Source: Chlorobiota bacterium
Lineage (GTDB): Bacteria; Bacteroidota; Ignavibacteria; Kapaibacteriales; UBA2268
Assembly (NCBI GenBank): GCA_041596515.1
Contig: JBFHIJ010000012.1
Span: forward strand, 13,078-77,077
Direction of reading: 5' to 3'
Length of the DNA: 64,000 nucleotides
Shown: in pieces, positions 38,433 to 48,145 of the stretch
How positions within the stretch are numbered: the stretch's first letter is position 1
Layout: each line of letters starts with the position of its first letter
The notes under the pieces: generated by a model
Told to the model about the DNA's origin: nothing
Databases searched by the model: none
Seen by the model: only the letters and a program-made list of their open reading frames with translations
Position numbers and translations under genes: made by a program

Positions 38433-39689
38433 TCAGAAACTACACGTCATCAGATATAATCTATTTGCAATCCTACCTAAAGCTTCATATCTGTCAGAAA
38501 AGCGATTATATCTAGGTGAACTTAAGTAATCCATCATTTTCCCTGCATATTGATTTCCCGAAAATAAATCCCTGACAATCATGGAGCTACTAGTGCTATA
38601 AGCCAAAGTTTCTGAACCCGGTTTATATGCGTAAGTAGCAGATTCTGATAACTGCATAGGGATTGGCACTTTTTTGCCACTGATGCCTACAAAACAGTCA
38701 AACGAGCCACAACCTATGTAAATCACATCTTCTCCGTTAAAAGTAAATTTGGGTTTACCGACTGAAAGCCCAGCATTATAATCTGCTCCATTGAGCACTA
38801 TAAGCATTTCTTGATGTTTTTCTGCATTATAAGTAATCATAGGTTCTGTTGGATGAATATCTAAATTATAGACTTGGTCATAATCTTGCCCGTAGATAAG
38901 ATCTATGTATCTGTCAGAAATTATAATTCCCGTAGACTTACCGGATGACTTTCCGGCTAAGAAACCTGCCACGTCGCCTTTGAGATTCAATTTAACTTCG
39001 CTAATCGAGTTAAAAGTCTCAGATATTTCTTCTTCCCCTCTGTAAACAGACCAATCATATCCATTTTTAGCTGCGTATAAAATTTGACCATTCATCCAGA
39101 AACCAAAAGGTTTTATTTCATCGTAGCTATCTACTTCGTTCCCATTTACAAATAATTTCTGCTGACCACCAAGAATTCTTACATAAGCAAGTCTGTAACC
39201 CATCCTGCCCACATATAATTTTCCTATCCTATCACTCATTTCAAACTTCATATTTCCGCAATAAATTACTTCATTTGAATTTTCAAAATAACTATAAGCC
39301 ATAACTTGAGAGTCAGGGCTAAAAACAATTTCTCCGGCACCAGTGGCATCAATATCAAAAATACTATCGTTTGTGATGAGCTTCCAGTCACCACCAAAAG
39401 TTGCAAAATGAGCCCATTTTTTTCCATCCGGTGAAAAAACAGGATGTGTAAATTGCTCGTAAATATCAGACTCTTCGCCATCTATTACCATCCTGTATCG
39501 TTCAGGAAACGGGGCAGTTACTGCCCACCAATGATAGGTGGTGTCCATACCAAATTCTACTAAATCTTCTGCTCCGTTAAGGAGCAGATAATCTTTACAG
39601 TTATCAGAATATAGTGTGTAACAAAACGATAGTATAACTGTTAGTAGTAGTATGATTTTGCTATTGAGATACGATAATATTGTGGTCAT
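38433..39689 (-). CDS. Hypothetical secreted/lipoprotein-like protein with TolB/WD40-like beta-propeller repeats
   Basis: Hydrophobic N-terminus ending in ...LSFCY. Recurrent FSPDG-type blades (VFSPDGKKWAHF, IVFSPDSQVMAY). No enzymatic motif recognised. Confidence 0.4.
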   Translation of the reverse strand: MTTILSYLNSKIILLLTVILSFCYTLYSDNCKDYLLLNGAEDLVEFGMDTTYHWWAVTAPFPERYRMVIDGEESDIYEQFTHPVFSPDGKKWAHFATFGGDWKLITNDSIFDIDATGAGEIVFSPDSQVMAYSYFENSNEVIYCGNMKFEMSDRIGKLYVGRMGYRLAYVRILGGQQKLFVNGNEVDSYDEIKPFGFWMNGQILYAAKNGYDWSVYRGEEEISETFNSISEVKLNLKGDVAGFLAGKSSGKSTGIIISDRYIDLIYGQDYDQVYNLDIHPTEPMITYNAEKHQEMLIVLNGADYNAGLSVGKPKFTFNGEDVIYIGCGSFDCFVGISGKKVPIPMQLSESATYAYKPGSETLAYSTSSSMIVRDLFSGNQYAGKMMDYLSSPRYNRFSDRYEALGRIANRLYLMTCSF

Positions 39690-39842
39690 ATCAAAAAAGT
39701 ATTTGTTTATATGATAATAATTTCTAATTTAGAGATAGGTAATTAGAATTCAAAACTCTAATCTTTCTAAGATATACAAAAAGGAGCATCTATGCAAATT
39801 GCTACAGATTAGATCTGTAAACTATTTAACTTGGGGCAAATT

Positions 39843-42800
39843 ATGAAAATTCTAAAATCAAGTTTTTGCATGATGCTGTATTGTGCAATGTGTGTTATTA
39901 TTTTTAACACATCTGCTTTTGCTCAGTCTTTTGAACTTCTAAATGTAGATACCAAAAACTTCCCGGAAGTTGAAGCATACTATCTTGCAAAAGATGCGAG
40001 CGGTAATGTTAATACGTCTTTTACAATGAAAGATTTTGACGTTACGCTAAACGGCAAAAAACTTTCTGCTTCTGCACCTGATAATCTACAGCAAGATTGT
40101 GACGTCGAAGACTTTGCTACGCCTTTTGCTTGTGCTTTATTGCTTGACTGTTCTACTTCTATGTTAGATGAAGTTGAATATAAAGTGGCACGATTTCAAT
40201 GGCTTAAAAATGGTGTAAAACAATTTATAGACTCGATACGCATGAATGAGCGCTCGAGAATGAAAATCCTTCCTTTCTCTACGGATGAAAGAACTTCATC
40301 TACTTGGTCAAATGATAAAGACTATTTGCAGACATGGTTAGAGGATAACTTAAGTGATCCAAATGGAGCAACTGATTTTAATGATGCTATGCTTCAATCA
40401 CATGATGCAAGCAAAATCGGTGCAATAAACTATTTAAAACAAGTTAGTCCTGATTTGCCAAAATTTATCATCATGATTACAGATGGTGAATATGAAGGTC
40501 CGGGCGTATTTAAACATCAGGAAGTTATAGACTCATGTCTTGCTAACGGAATTACTTTTTTCTCTATTTCAGTACAGAGTAATGTTGATGCAGGTTTGAC
40601 ATATCTTGCATATGACACTCAAGGTAAAACATATACGGCTCATGATGAAGATGATATATTTTACTATTTATATAAAATTCTGCAGAAGATAGAAATAAAA
40701 AATGTTTGCCGCTTTACTTACCAAAGCCCTTATATTTGCGAAACTTCTCCTAAAGAGCAAACTCTTGAAGCAACTTGCAAACCTTATGGTATCTCGGATA
40801 CATACAAATACACTTTAGAAGACAATGCAATTGCAACTGCGGAAGTGTCTGATAATAAGCTTTTTATAGGTTCTGCTACTCAGGGACAAAAGACTAGCAA
40901 ATTCCAAATAAGTGCTAATAATACAAACTTTAGCGTTACTGACTATGCGATATCAGGTGATCCCGGGAAAACAAAATTTTCTGTTTCGCCAGCGCCTCCA
41001 TTTTCTGTAAGCTCTTCTACTCCGACAGAGATTACTGTAACATATTTGCAAGATCCTGCGGATTCGCCAGCTAAGTATACTTTAACATTTACAAGCACTC
41101 CTTGTGAGATTCCGGCTGTAGATATTATTGCTCCTTGCTATGGCGAGTCAATGGTTACTCTTAATTTCGGTGATGTGCCTGTGGGCGTTTCAACACCAAA
41201 AACTGAAAACTGTATTTTTGAAAATATTACTCCTGAGCCGATTTCCGGTGATGTTATACTAGAGGGAATAAATGCCTCTGACTTTACAATTACAAGTGGA
41301 GCAGGCATATTTACTATTAACCCTGGTGAATGCTTGAGCGTTAGCCTTGAAATTAATCCCGCTACTGTTGGTAACAAAACTGCTACACTAAACTATCAGA
41401 TAAGCAACGCAGATTACTGCGGAGAGTCAACTACTGCAATCACAGCAAATGCTCAAGCTACTGATTTTCCTTTAGATGGCTACAATTTTGGTCTTGATAG
41501 AGTAGAAAACCCAATCCAAAAAACGTTTACAATTACAAATAAAAGACCTAGCGAAGCAAATATTACAAGTATGAAGTTAGAAAACAATACTGATGTATTT
41601 ACTTTGATTACTCCTTTTACCGGTAAAATTGCTGCAGGTAATTCTGAAGATATCGTTATAGAATTTAATCCTAAAGCAGAAGGTAATATAGAATGTGACT
41701 TAGTATTGGAAATAGAAGCCTTAGACAATCCTGTAAGTACAAAAGTAACAGGTATTGGAGGTTTGCCAACAATTAATGCAAATGGTGCTTCTTTCGCTTC
41801 TATGAAAACAGATCTAACTTCTGCACCAAAAGACATAACAATATCAAATACTTCTGCGTATATGGATATGCACATAGAAGAAATTAGATTTGCAGAAGCT
41901 ACTAATGATTTTGAATTTGAAGCGGGAACAAAGCTTACTGATTTGACTGTTAAAATGGGCGAGTCCATTACTATTCCTGTAGTCTTTACGCCTACAAAAG
42001 GCGGTATGCTATCGGTGGATGTAGAAATTATAAATGATGCAGTGAAAGGCAAAGAGGTAGTGACATATAAAACAACTATAGTCAAAGTAACAGGCGAAGG
42101 CTTGGCTCTGGAAGTAAATCCTACTAGTCTTGATTTTGGAGATATACTTTCTTGTGATATAAAATCTATGGAAGTTACTATTCCGAATACATCTTCTGAA
42201 GAAATGACAGTTACTGCTTCTATTAGTGGAGCAAATACAGCAGAATTTGATATAGATAAATCTAATTTTACAATTCCTGCTAATTCTTCAGATAAACTAA
42301 TAGTTGATTTTATCCCTTCTGATAATACTTCTTTTGCGGCTAATCTTGAAATAGTGACTAATAGTGGTTCTGTAGCAGTTCCTCTGACAGGTATGGCACA
42401 CAGTACAGCTGTTGCAAGCAGTTTTAAAATTGGTACAAAAGATTTAGAACTTGTACAAGTTCCTATCATTTCAGGTCTTAATTCTTTAGCATTTGATATA
42501 CAAACTTCATTACCGTCAGAGATGGAAACAATGCCAACTCAAGTAGTATATACTCTTAATTTGGATTATTACTACGCTTTGAGATATATGAAAAATTCAT
42601 TTGTGCCAGCAAATGGATGGACTTTAGTGAATGTAAATGCAGATAATGAAAATATGGGAGTGTTAGAATTTACATTAAATCCTACGGCAGGTGCTTCTAA
42701 AAATGCAAGCCATAGCATAGCATTCGAAGGGTATGTCTCAGATACAGACTCTTTGAATATTGATTTAACAGTCGAATATTCAAATATGCCTTGCTTAATT

Positions 42801-43136
42801 TCTGAAGGTGATCATTTACCTGTCAAATTGATAAGTTGTTTTACCGAAGGAAACCTTATAGATGTAAGTGAATTCCAAATGGGTAAAATCAAAGTAAATG
42901 GCAACCCTGCTTCTACGTCTTCTACTATAGACTATAGCGTTGCTTACGAAACTTATGTAGAAATTTATATATTTGACTCAATGGGAAAAAAAGTTGCTAC
43001 TCTTAAAGATGGAGTAACCAAAGAAGGTGACTATACAGACAAAGTGCCTTATGAGCTCTTAGAATCAGGTATTTACAATGTTACGATGAGAGCCGGAATA
43101 TATCAAACATCAACAAGACTGGCTATTATCAAATAA
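39843..43136 (+). CDS. Large secreted vWA-domain protein with tandem Ig-like (ASH/choice-of-anchor-D-like) domains and T9SS sorting domain
   Basis: Signal peptide MKILKSSFCMMLYCAMCVIIFNTSAFA. vWA MIDAS residues LLLDCSTSM...GATDF...ITDGE. At least 4-5 repeats of about 100 aa follow (LNFGDVPVG..., YNFGLDRVE..., LDFGDILSC...). The C-terminus YVEIYIFDSMGKKVATL...GIYNVTMRAG is Por_Secre_tail-like. The track start at 39831 is TTG. Confidence 0.75.
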   Translation: MKILKSSFCMMLYCAMCVIIFNTSAFAQSFELLNVDTKNFPEVEAYYLAKDASGNVNTSFTMKDFDVTLNGKKLSASAPDNLQQDCDVEDFATPFACALLLDCSTSMLDEVEYKVARFQWLKNGVKQFIDSIRMNERSRMKILPFSTDERTSSTWSNDKDYLQTWLEDNLSDPNGATDFNDAMLQSHDASKIGAINYLKQVSPDLPKFIIMITDGEYEGPGVFKHQEVIDSCLANGITFFSISVQSNVDAGLTYLAYDTQGKTYTAHDEDDIFYYLYKILQKIEIKNVCRFTYQSPYICETSPKEQTLEATCKPYGISDTYKYTLEDNAIATAEVSDNKLFIGSATQGQKTSKFQISANNTNFSVTDYAISGDPGKTKFSVSPAPPFSVSSSTPTEITVTYLQDPADSPAKYTLTFTSTPCEIPAVDIIAPCYGESMVTLNFGDVPVGVSTPKTENCIFENITPEPISGDVILEGINASDFTITSGAGIFTINPGECLSVSLEINPATVGNKTATLNYQISNADYCGESTTAITANAQATDFPLDGYNFGLDRVENPIQKTFTITNKRPSEANITSMKLENNTDVFTLITPFTGKIAAGNSEDIVIEFNPKAEGNIECDLVLEIEALDNPVSTKVTGIGGLPTINANGASFASMKTDLTSAPKDITISNTSAYMDMHIEEIRFAEATNDFEFEAGTKLTDLTVKMGESITIPVVFTPTKGGMLSVDVEIINDAVKGKEVVTYKTTIVKVTGEGLALEVNPTSLDFGDILSCDIKSMEVTIPNTSSEEMTVTASISGANTAEFDIDKSNFTIPANSSDKLIVDFIPSDNTSFAANLEIVTNSGSVAVPLTGMAHSTAVASSFKIGTKDLELVQVPIISGLNSLAFDIQTSLPSEMETMPTQVVYTLNLDYYYALRYMKNSFVPANGWTLVNVNADNENMGVLEFTLNPTAGASKNASHSIAFEGYVSDTDSLNIDLTVEYSNMPCLISEGDHLPVKLISCFTEGNLIDVSEFQMGKIKVNGNPASTSSTIDYSVAYETYVEIYIFDSMGKKVATLKDGVTKEGDYTDKVPYELLESGIYNVTMRAGIYQTSTRLAIIK

Positions 43137-43158
43137 AATTGATAAAAAAGGTTTATAA

Positions 43159-43188
43159 GGGAGCTTTGAAATAAGTTCCCTTTTTTTT
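43159..43188 (+). terminator. Rho-independent terminator after the vWA/Ig gene
   Basis: Stem GGGAGCTT / AAGTTCCC has one G-T pair and a 6-nt loop, followed by a T8 run. Confidence 0.8.
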
Positions 43189-43274
43189 ATCTTTACTTTA
43201 AACTTCTTGTGAGTTTCAACAATTCCTTATTTTAGTCTTAACTAATTTCCTAAATATACTTTGGAGTAAATACC

Positions 43275-44342
43275 ATGATCCAACAAATTCGCGAGTATCT
43301 TGGAGCGGATGCAGAAAACCTATTAGGTTTTGACAATCCAAAAATCAAAAAAGAGCAGCTCCACTTGCCTTCACCTACTTTTGTTGATGATATTATGATC
43401 AATTCTGATAGAAACAACAGAGTGTTGGGCAACTTAGAATGGATCTTTAACCATGGTAGATTAGCCGGCACCGGCTATATGTCAATATTACCTGTTGACC
43501 AAGGAATAGAGCATTCCGCAGGTGCAAGCTTTGCTAAAAATCCTGCTTATTTTGATCCTGAAAACATTATCAAATTAGCTATAGAAGGCGGATGTAACGC
43601 AGTTGTATCTACTTATGGTGTGCTTGGTATAATGTCAAGAAAATATGCCCATAAAATTCCTTTTATTGTGAAAGTAAACCATAACGAGCTACTTACTTAT
43701 CCAAATACATTTGATCAAATTATGTTTGGAAGAGTTGAACAAGCTTATGATATGGGAGCTGCTGCAATTGGTGCTACTATTTACTTCGGCTCAGAAAACT
43801 CGGATCGACAAATCATAGAAGTGTCTGAAGCTTTTCAAATGGCTCACGAATTAGGCATGGGGACTGTACTTTGGTGCTATTTAAGAAATAACTCGTTCAA
43901 AAAAGATGGTACTGATTATCATGTTTCTACTGATCTTACAGGTCAGGCGAACCATCTAGGTGTTACTATCCAAGCTGATATTATCAAGCAAAAAATGCCG
44001 GAGTGCAATGGTGGCTTTAAAGCAATGAACATGGGTAACTCAAGCTATGGTAAAATTGACGAAAAAGTTTACACTGAACTTACTTCTGATCATCCAATTG
44101 ATTTGACTAGATATCAAGTGGCAAACTGCTACATGGGCAGAGCCGGTTTGATTAACAGTGGTGGTGCTTCCGGAAGCAATGATTTTGAGCAAGCAATCAG
44201 CACTGCAGTCATTAATAAACGCGCAGGTGGCATGGGACTTATCTCAGGTAGGAAAGCATTCCAACGACCAATGGATGATGGTGTTAAACTTCTTAATACT
44301 ATCCAAGATGTTTACCTTTGCGATGATGTAACAATCGCATAG
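43275..44342 (+). CDS. fbaB: Class I fructose-bisphosphate aldolase (FbaB/DhnA type)
   Basis: Near full-length colinearity with E. coli FbaB as I recall it: [99 protein letters not shown]. Confidence 0.9.
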   Translation: MIQQIREYLGADAENLLGFDNPKIKKEQLHLPSPTFVDDIMINSDRNNRVLGNLEWIFNHGRLAGTGYMSILPVDQGIEHSAGASFAKNPAYFDPENIIKLAIEGGCNAVVSTYGVLGIMSRKYAHKIPFIVKVNHNELLTYPNTFDQIMFGRVEQAYDMGAAAIGATIYFGSENSDRQIIEVSEAFQMAHELGMGTVLWCYLRNNSFKKDGTDYHVSTDLTGQANHLGVTIQADIIKQKMPECNGGFKAMNMGNSSYGKIDEKVYTELTSDHPIDLTRYQVANCYMGRAGLINSGGASGSNDFEQAISTAVINKRAGGMGLISGRKAFQRPMDDGVKLLNTIQDVYLCDDVTIA

Positions 44343-44368
44343 TAAAAAATATTAAAAATGCAATATTA

Positions 44369-44403
44369 AACCTTTCTGTTATTAAAGCAGAAAGGTTTTT
44401 TTT
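44369..44403 (+). terminator. Rho-independent terminator after fbaB
   Basis: Perfect 10-bp stem AACCTTTCTG / CAGAAAGGTT with a 9-nt loop, followed by a T-run. Confidence 0.85.
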
Positions 44404-44491
44404 ACTGGTATTACAGAATATATGCTATCCAACTGAGCTTGTTATGACATTTTTTTGTAAGTTTGCTTACTATGCTAAATGTACATAAAAT

Positions 44492-45538
44492 ATGCAAATA
44501 CTAATGAATCAGAAAATCAAAAAAACTATACAGTATATTATATCTATTGCTATTATGATAGCTGCATTTTATTGGGCAGTTAACGGAATAGATATTGAAG
44601 ACGTTTATAATAAACTCCAAAGTGCTAATTATATTTGGGCAATTGCTCCAATACCTATAGTTATACTGTCGCACTGGCTTAGAGCGATGCGATGGAAAAC
44701 TATGCTAAAGCCAATCTTTGAACCAAAATCTACATTCAATCTTTTCTCTGCGGTTATGATAGGTTATGCTTTAAATAACTTAATTGCAAGATCCGGTGAG
44801 TTCCTTAGGCCTTATGTAGTAGCAAAACGTGAAAAAGTTTCTTATACCTCGCTATTTGCTACTATCATAATGGAAAGAATAATCGACGTATTTACATTGT
44901 TAGGTCTCTTTGCTGTTTTATTTTTTGTATTTTCAGACAGAATTATAAAAATATTACCTGCAGAATTAGATCAAAAGAATATTGCTGTTATTGCGGGACT
45001 TGTCCTCATAGCTTTAATCTCAAGCTTTTATAAACCATTTGTTGATAAAATGCTTGAATGGATTATAAAACCATTCTCGGAGCGGATCTACATTAAAATA
45101 TCTGATTTATTCGCGAAATTCAGAACAGGATTTGCAATTATTAAAAGACCATCACAGTATCTTAGATTGATAATAGAGACTTCTCTTATTTGGTTTTGCT
45201 ATGCACTGCCTATGTACATCATGTTTTACTGTTTTGATTTTGTCAATGTTTACGGATTAGGTTTGGAAGATGCTCTAATTCTCTTAATTGGCTCCGGTAT
45301 TGCGATTTCTCTTGCTCCGACACCCGGTGGGTTCGGTGTTTATCATGGCATCATAGCAGGCACTTTAGAGGCCTTATACGGCGTTCCCAGAGATGTTGGT
45401 TTGGCTTATGCCACAATCAATCATGGTATCAACTTTATTCTACAATTATTAGTAGGTTTAATATTCCTATATCGCGAAAAAATTACCAAACTTCCTGACA
45501 AAGAAGTAATGGATAGTGAAATAGGAACTGCCAAATAG
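44492..45538 (+). CDS. Lysylphosphatidylglycerol-synthase-TM-region (UPF0104, flippase-like) family membrane protein
   Basis: About 8 TM helices. The signature HWLRAMRWKTMLKP lies after TM2, and a Gly-rich helix reads APTPGGFGVYHG. Confidence 0.6.
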   Translation: MQILMNQKIKKTIQYIISIAIMIAAFYWAVNGIDIEDVYNKLQSANYIWAIAPIPIVILSHWLRAMRWKTMLKPIFEPKSTFNLFSAVMIGYALNNLIARSGEFLRPYVVAKREKVSYTSLFATIIMERIIDVFTLLGLFAVLFFVFSDRIIKILPAELDQKNIAVIAGLVLIALISSFYKPFVDKMLEWIIKPFSERIYIKISDLFAKFRTGFAIIKRPSQYLRLIIETSLIWFCYALPMYIMFYCFDFVNVYGLGLEDALILLIGSGIAISLAPTPGGFGVYHGIIAGTLEALYGVPRDVGLAYATINHGINFILQLLVGLIFLYREKITKLPDKEVMDSEIGTAK

Positions 45539-45564
45539 AGCCAAAAATATAATAAAATATCAAA

Positions 45565-47733
45565 CTATTTAGGAATATTTGGCAACAGAATAGTAAACGT
45601 GGATCCTTTGCCGAGTTTGCTTTCTACTTCTATTTTGCCGCCATGCCTTTCAGCGAATTCTTTGCACAAAATGAGCCCTAAACCGGTGCCTGATTCTTTT
45701 TTTGTACCGATTGTAGTATGGTTTACATCTATTCGGAACAGTTTAAGCTTATCCTCTTCCTTGATACCTACTCCTGAGTCTGCAACTTTGATGCGAATAT
45801 AGTCTCCGGATTTATCTGTAGTAATAGTTATTTTTGAATTTTCATTAGAAAACTTTATTGCGTTTGATATCAGATTGCGCATGATAGTGTTTAACATAAA
45901 AATATCAGCAAAAACATTAACCTCTTTCAACTCAATTTCCAATTTTATGTTTTTGTTATCAAGAATATTTGCATAAAGCTTGGTAATAGATATTAAAATA
46001 TTACTCAAGTCAGTAATAGAAGGTTCGAATTCTAAAGCTCCGGTTTGAGAGCGAGCCCAGTTTAACAAGTTTTCTAACAAATCAAAAAGTTGCTTAGAAG
46101 TATTTTGTAGCATGTTGATAAACTTTTTGTTTTCTTCTACTGTTAGCTTTTCATAGTTTAAAGCCATAACTTCTAACATTGATTGAAATCCGGCTAAGGG
46201 AGACTTAATATCATGGGCAATTATATTGAAAAACCTATCTTTAGATGCATTTACTTCTCTAAGTTGATTCTGAGAACTAATAAGTTTATTATTCACTTCA
46301 TATAGTTTCTGTGTCTCCTCTAAAATTTGCTCTCTGGAAATTTTTAATTCATTCATTGCATCTTCTAACTGAGAAGTGCGTTCCATCACTCTATTTTCAA
46401 GCTCTTTATTTAATTTTTCTATTTTAAATTGATAGGATTTTCTTTCAGAAATATCCAAAAATACTGCAATACCGGCAATTAGTGTTTTGTTCTCATCAAA
46501 AATAGGAGATGTGCTGGTTAAAATCCATTTTTTTTCTCCGTCCTTTCTTATGACCTGCAACTCTCTATTTTGAGTTTTGAGACCGGAAGTAGTTGACGCA
46601 TATAAAGATAAATCTCTAAAATATACTCTATTTCCATCAATATCGTAAAATTTGAAAGGTAAATACTTTTCACCTGCCAAAGTTAATTGTGGTAAATGAC
46701 TCAAATTAATACCTAATATATCAACTGCAGATTTGGAAATCATGGATGCCGTCATAGTTTTACTATCCGTTATCACAATACCTGCCGGAGATTGAGCCAG
46801 CTCTTCTTTTAGAATTGCCATAGTTTTGGCTAATGCTTTCTGAGTTGATATTTTTTCTTCAATTTCATCTAATAGCATCTTTTGTGTATGTTGTAGCTCC
46901 TCTTGCCTTTGAAAAGTAGTGTTTAGCATCTTATCAAACGAATGAACTAACTTATCCAAAGCACTTTTAGGATTTCGTTTCACTCCTTGTATTATGGGTC
47001 TCAATGAAGGATTCTTTTGTATAGCATCAAACGCAGTAGCAAATATGGAATATGATTTTAAATAAGGTAAAGTAAATAAGAATATTATTACGGCAGATAT
47101 TCCTACAACTATAAAATCTAGCAGAAAGACATATAGTCTACCAGATTTATATATCGCATCTAAATCATGTACATACATTCCAACTCCAATATATGCTTCT
47201 AATTCAGGAATACCTTTGACATAAGAAATTTTTAATTTTTCTTCATTGCCAAGTGGGGGGTAGTAGTAGTATTCTACGAAGTCACTGCCTGCTTTAGATT
47301 TTGCAGCTTTTATCAGTTCTTTAATTATATATTTACCATAAATATCTTGTAGATCCAATAGATTCAAACCTTCACTATCAGGTTCGTATGGTTGCACAAG
47401 CATTTTACCATCATAGCCACTCATAAATACATAATTCATATTAATATTATCCGAAAAAGTCATATTTCTGACTGTTCCGGTAACTTTCTGCAAAGCATCA
47501 GATTTGTTTATTTTACCAAGTCTGAATTGCATAAGAGTAGGCTTTATAGTATTATAAGCAATAGTTGTTATTCTTTTTAACTCAACTTTCCTAAGTTGTA
47601 AAAGTTCATCATAGTATTGATTATTATTAATAATATTTATAATAACAAAACCAACAATAAAAACAACAACAGCTAAAAATATTCTGAAGTATTTACCGTA
47701 ATAGAACTTGTATAAAGTAGCAATCAAATCCAT
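45565..47733 (-). CDS. Membrane sensor histidine kinase (sCache-like / PAS / HisKA / HATPase)
   Basis: TM1, then a Cache-like region NYVFMSGYDGKMLVQPY...DFVEYYYYPP, then TM2 LYVFLLDFIVVGISAVIIFLF. One PAS domain and a coiled coil. H-box FFNIIAHDIKSPL. G-boxes DSGVGI and GTGLGL. Confidence 0.88.
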   Translation of the reverse strand: MDLIATLYKFYYGKYFRIFLAVVVFIVGFVIINIINNNQYYDELLQLRKVELKRITTIAYNTIKPTLMQFRLGKINKSDALQKVTGTVRNMTFSDNINMNYVFMSGYDGKMLVQPYEPDSEGLNLLDLQDIYGKYIIKELIKAAKSKAGSDFVEYYYYPPLGNEEKLKISYVKGIPELEAYIGVGMYVHDLDAIYKSGRLYVFLLDFIVVGISAVIIFLFTLPYLKSYSIFATAFDAIQKNPSLRPIIQGVKRNPKSALDKLVHSFDKMLNTTFQRQEELQHTQKMLLDEIEEKISTQKALAKTMAILKEELAQSPAGIVITDSKTMTASMISKSAVDILGINLSHLPQLTLAGEKYLPFKFYDIDGNRVYFRDLSLYASTTSGLKTQNRELQVIRKDGEKKWILTSTSPIFDENKTLIAGIAVFLDISERKSYQFKIEKLNKELENRVMERTSQLEDAMNELKISREQILEETQKLYEVNNKLISSQNQLREVNASKDRFFNIIAHDIKSPLAGFQSMLEVMALNYEKLTVEENKKFINMLQNTSKQLFDLLENLLNWARSQTGALEFEPSITDLSNILISITKLYANILDNKNIKLEIELKEVNVFADIFMLNTIMRNLISNAIKFSNENSKITITTDKSGDYIRIKVADSGVGIKEEDKLKLFRIDVNHTTIGTKKESGTGLGLILCKEFAERHGGKIEVESKLGKGSTFTILLPNIPK

Positions 47734-47797
47734 GGTTAGCCTTTCATATTGTATCCTAAATCAATATATATATATTATCATAATTATCATAAAAAAA

Positions 47798-48142
47798 ATG
47801 GAAGAAAAGCAATATATTTTAATAGAAACAGTAGCAAATGCAGAAGTGAATATTCAAGAAGATGATATAGCTCTGTTCTATTTTTCCGCTGATAGATGCA
47901 ATGTATGCAAAGCACTAATGCCAAAAGTGCAGGAGATGGCTATGCAGTATCCTGAAATGAAGTTGTACTACATTGATGTGGAAAAAAATCAAGAGTTTTC
48001 CGGTAAGTACAGTATCTTTACGATTCCTGTAATTTTAGTTTTTATACAAGGTAAAGAGACAATTCGTGAAAGTAGAAATATAAGCGTCTCAGTGCTTGAA
48101 GATAAAATAGAAAGATATTACCATCTGCTCTATAATCAATAG
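47798..48142 (+). CDS. Thioredoxin-fold protein (CxxC)
   Basis: ALFYFSADRCNVCKAL (CNVC redox motif) and FTIPVILVFIQGKE (cis-Pro loop region). The ATG at 47798 is preferred. The track start at 47708 adds an implausible poly-Ile leader that overlaps the divergent kinase gene. Confidence 0.7.
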   Translation: MEEKQYILIETVANAEVNIQEDDIALFYFSADRCNVCKALMPKVQEMAMQYPEMKLYYIDVEKNQEFSGKYSIFTIPVILVFIQGKETIRESRNISVSVLEDKIERYYHLLYNQ

Positions 48143-48145
48143 CTT

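Noticed and set aside
41480-42469. A 329-aa ORF antisense to the vWA/Ig gene. Smaller antisense ORFs lie at 41138-41377, 2008-2394, 2770-3081, 3778-4098, 16365-16787, 55277-55690, 60854-61315 and 61998-62411.
   Set aside because: All lie entirely inside much longer, motif-rich genes on the other strand. Their translations are low complexity (Ser/Ile/Leu/Phe-rich) with no recognisable motifs or start context. This is typical of shadow ORFs in AT-rich, repeat-containing coding sequence.
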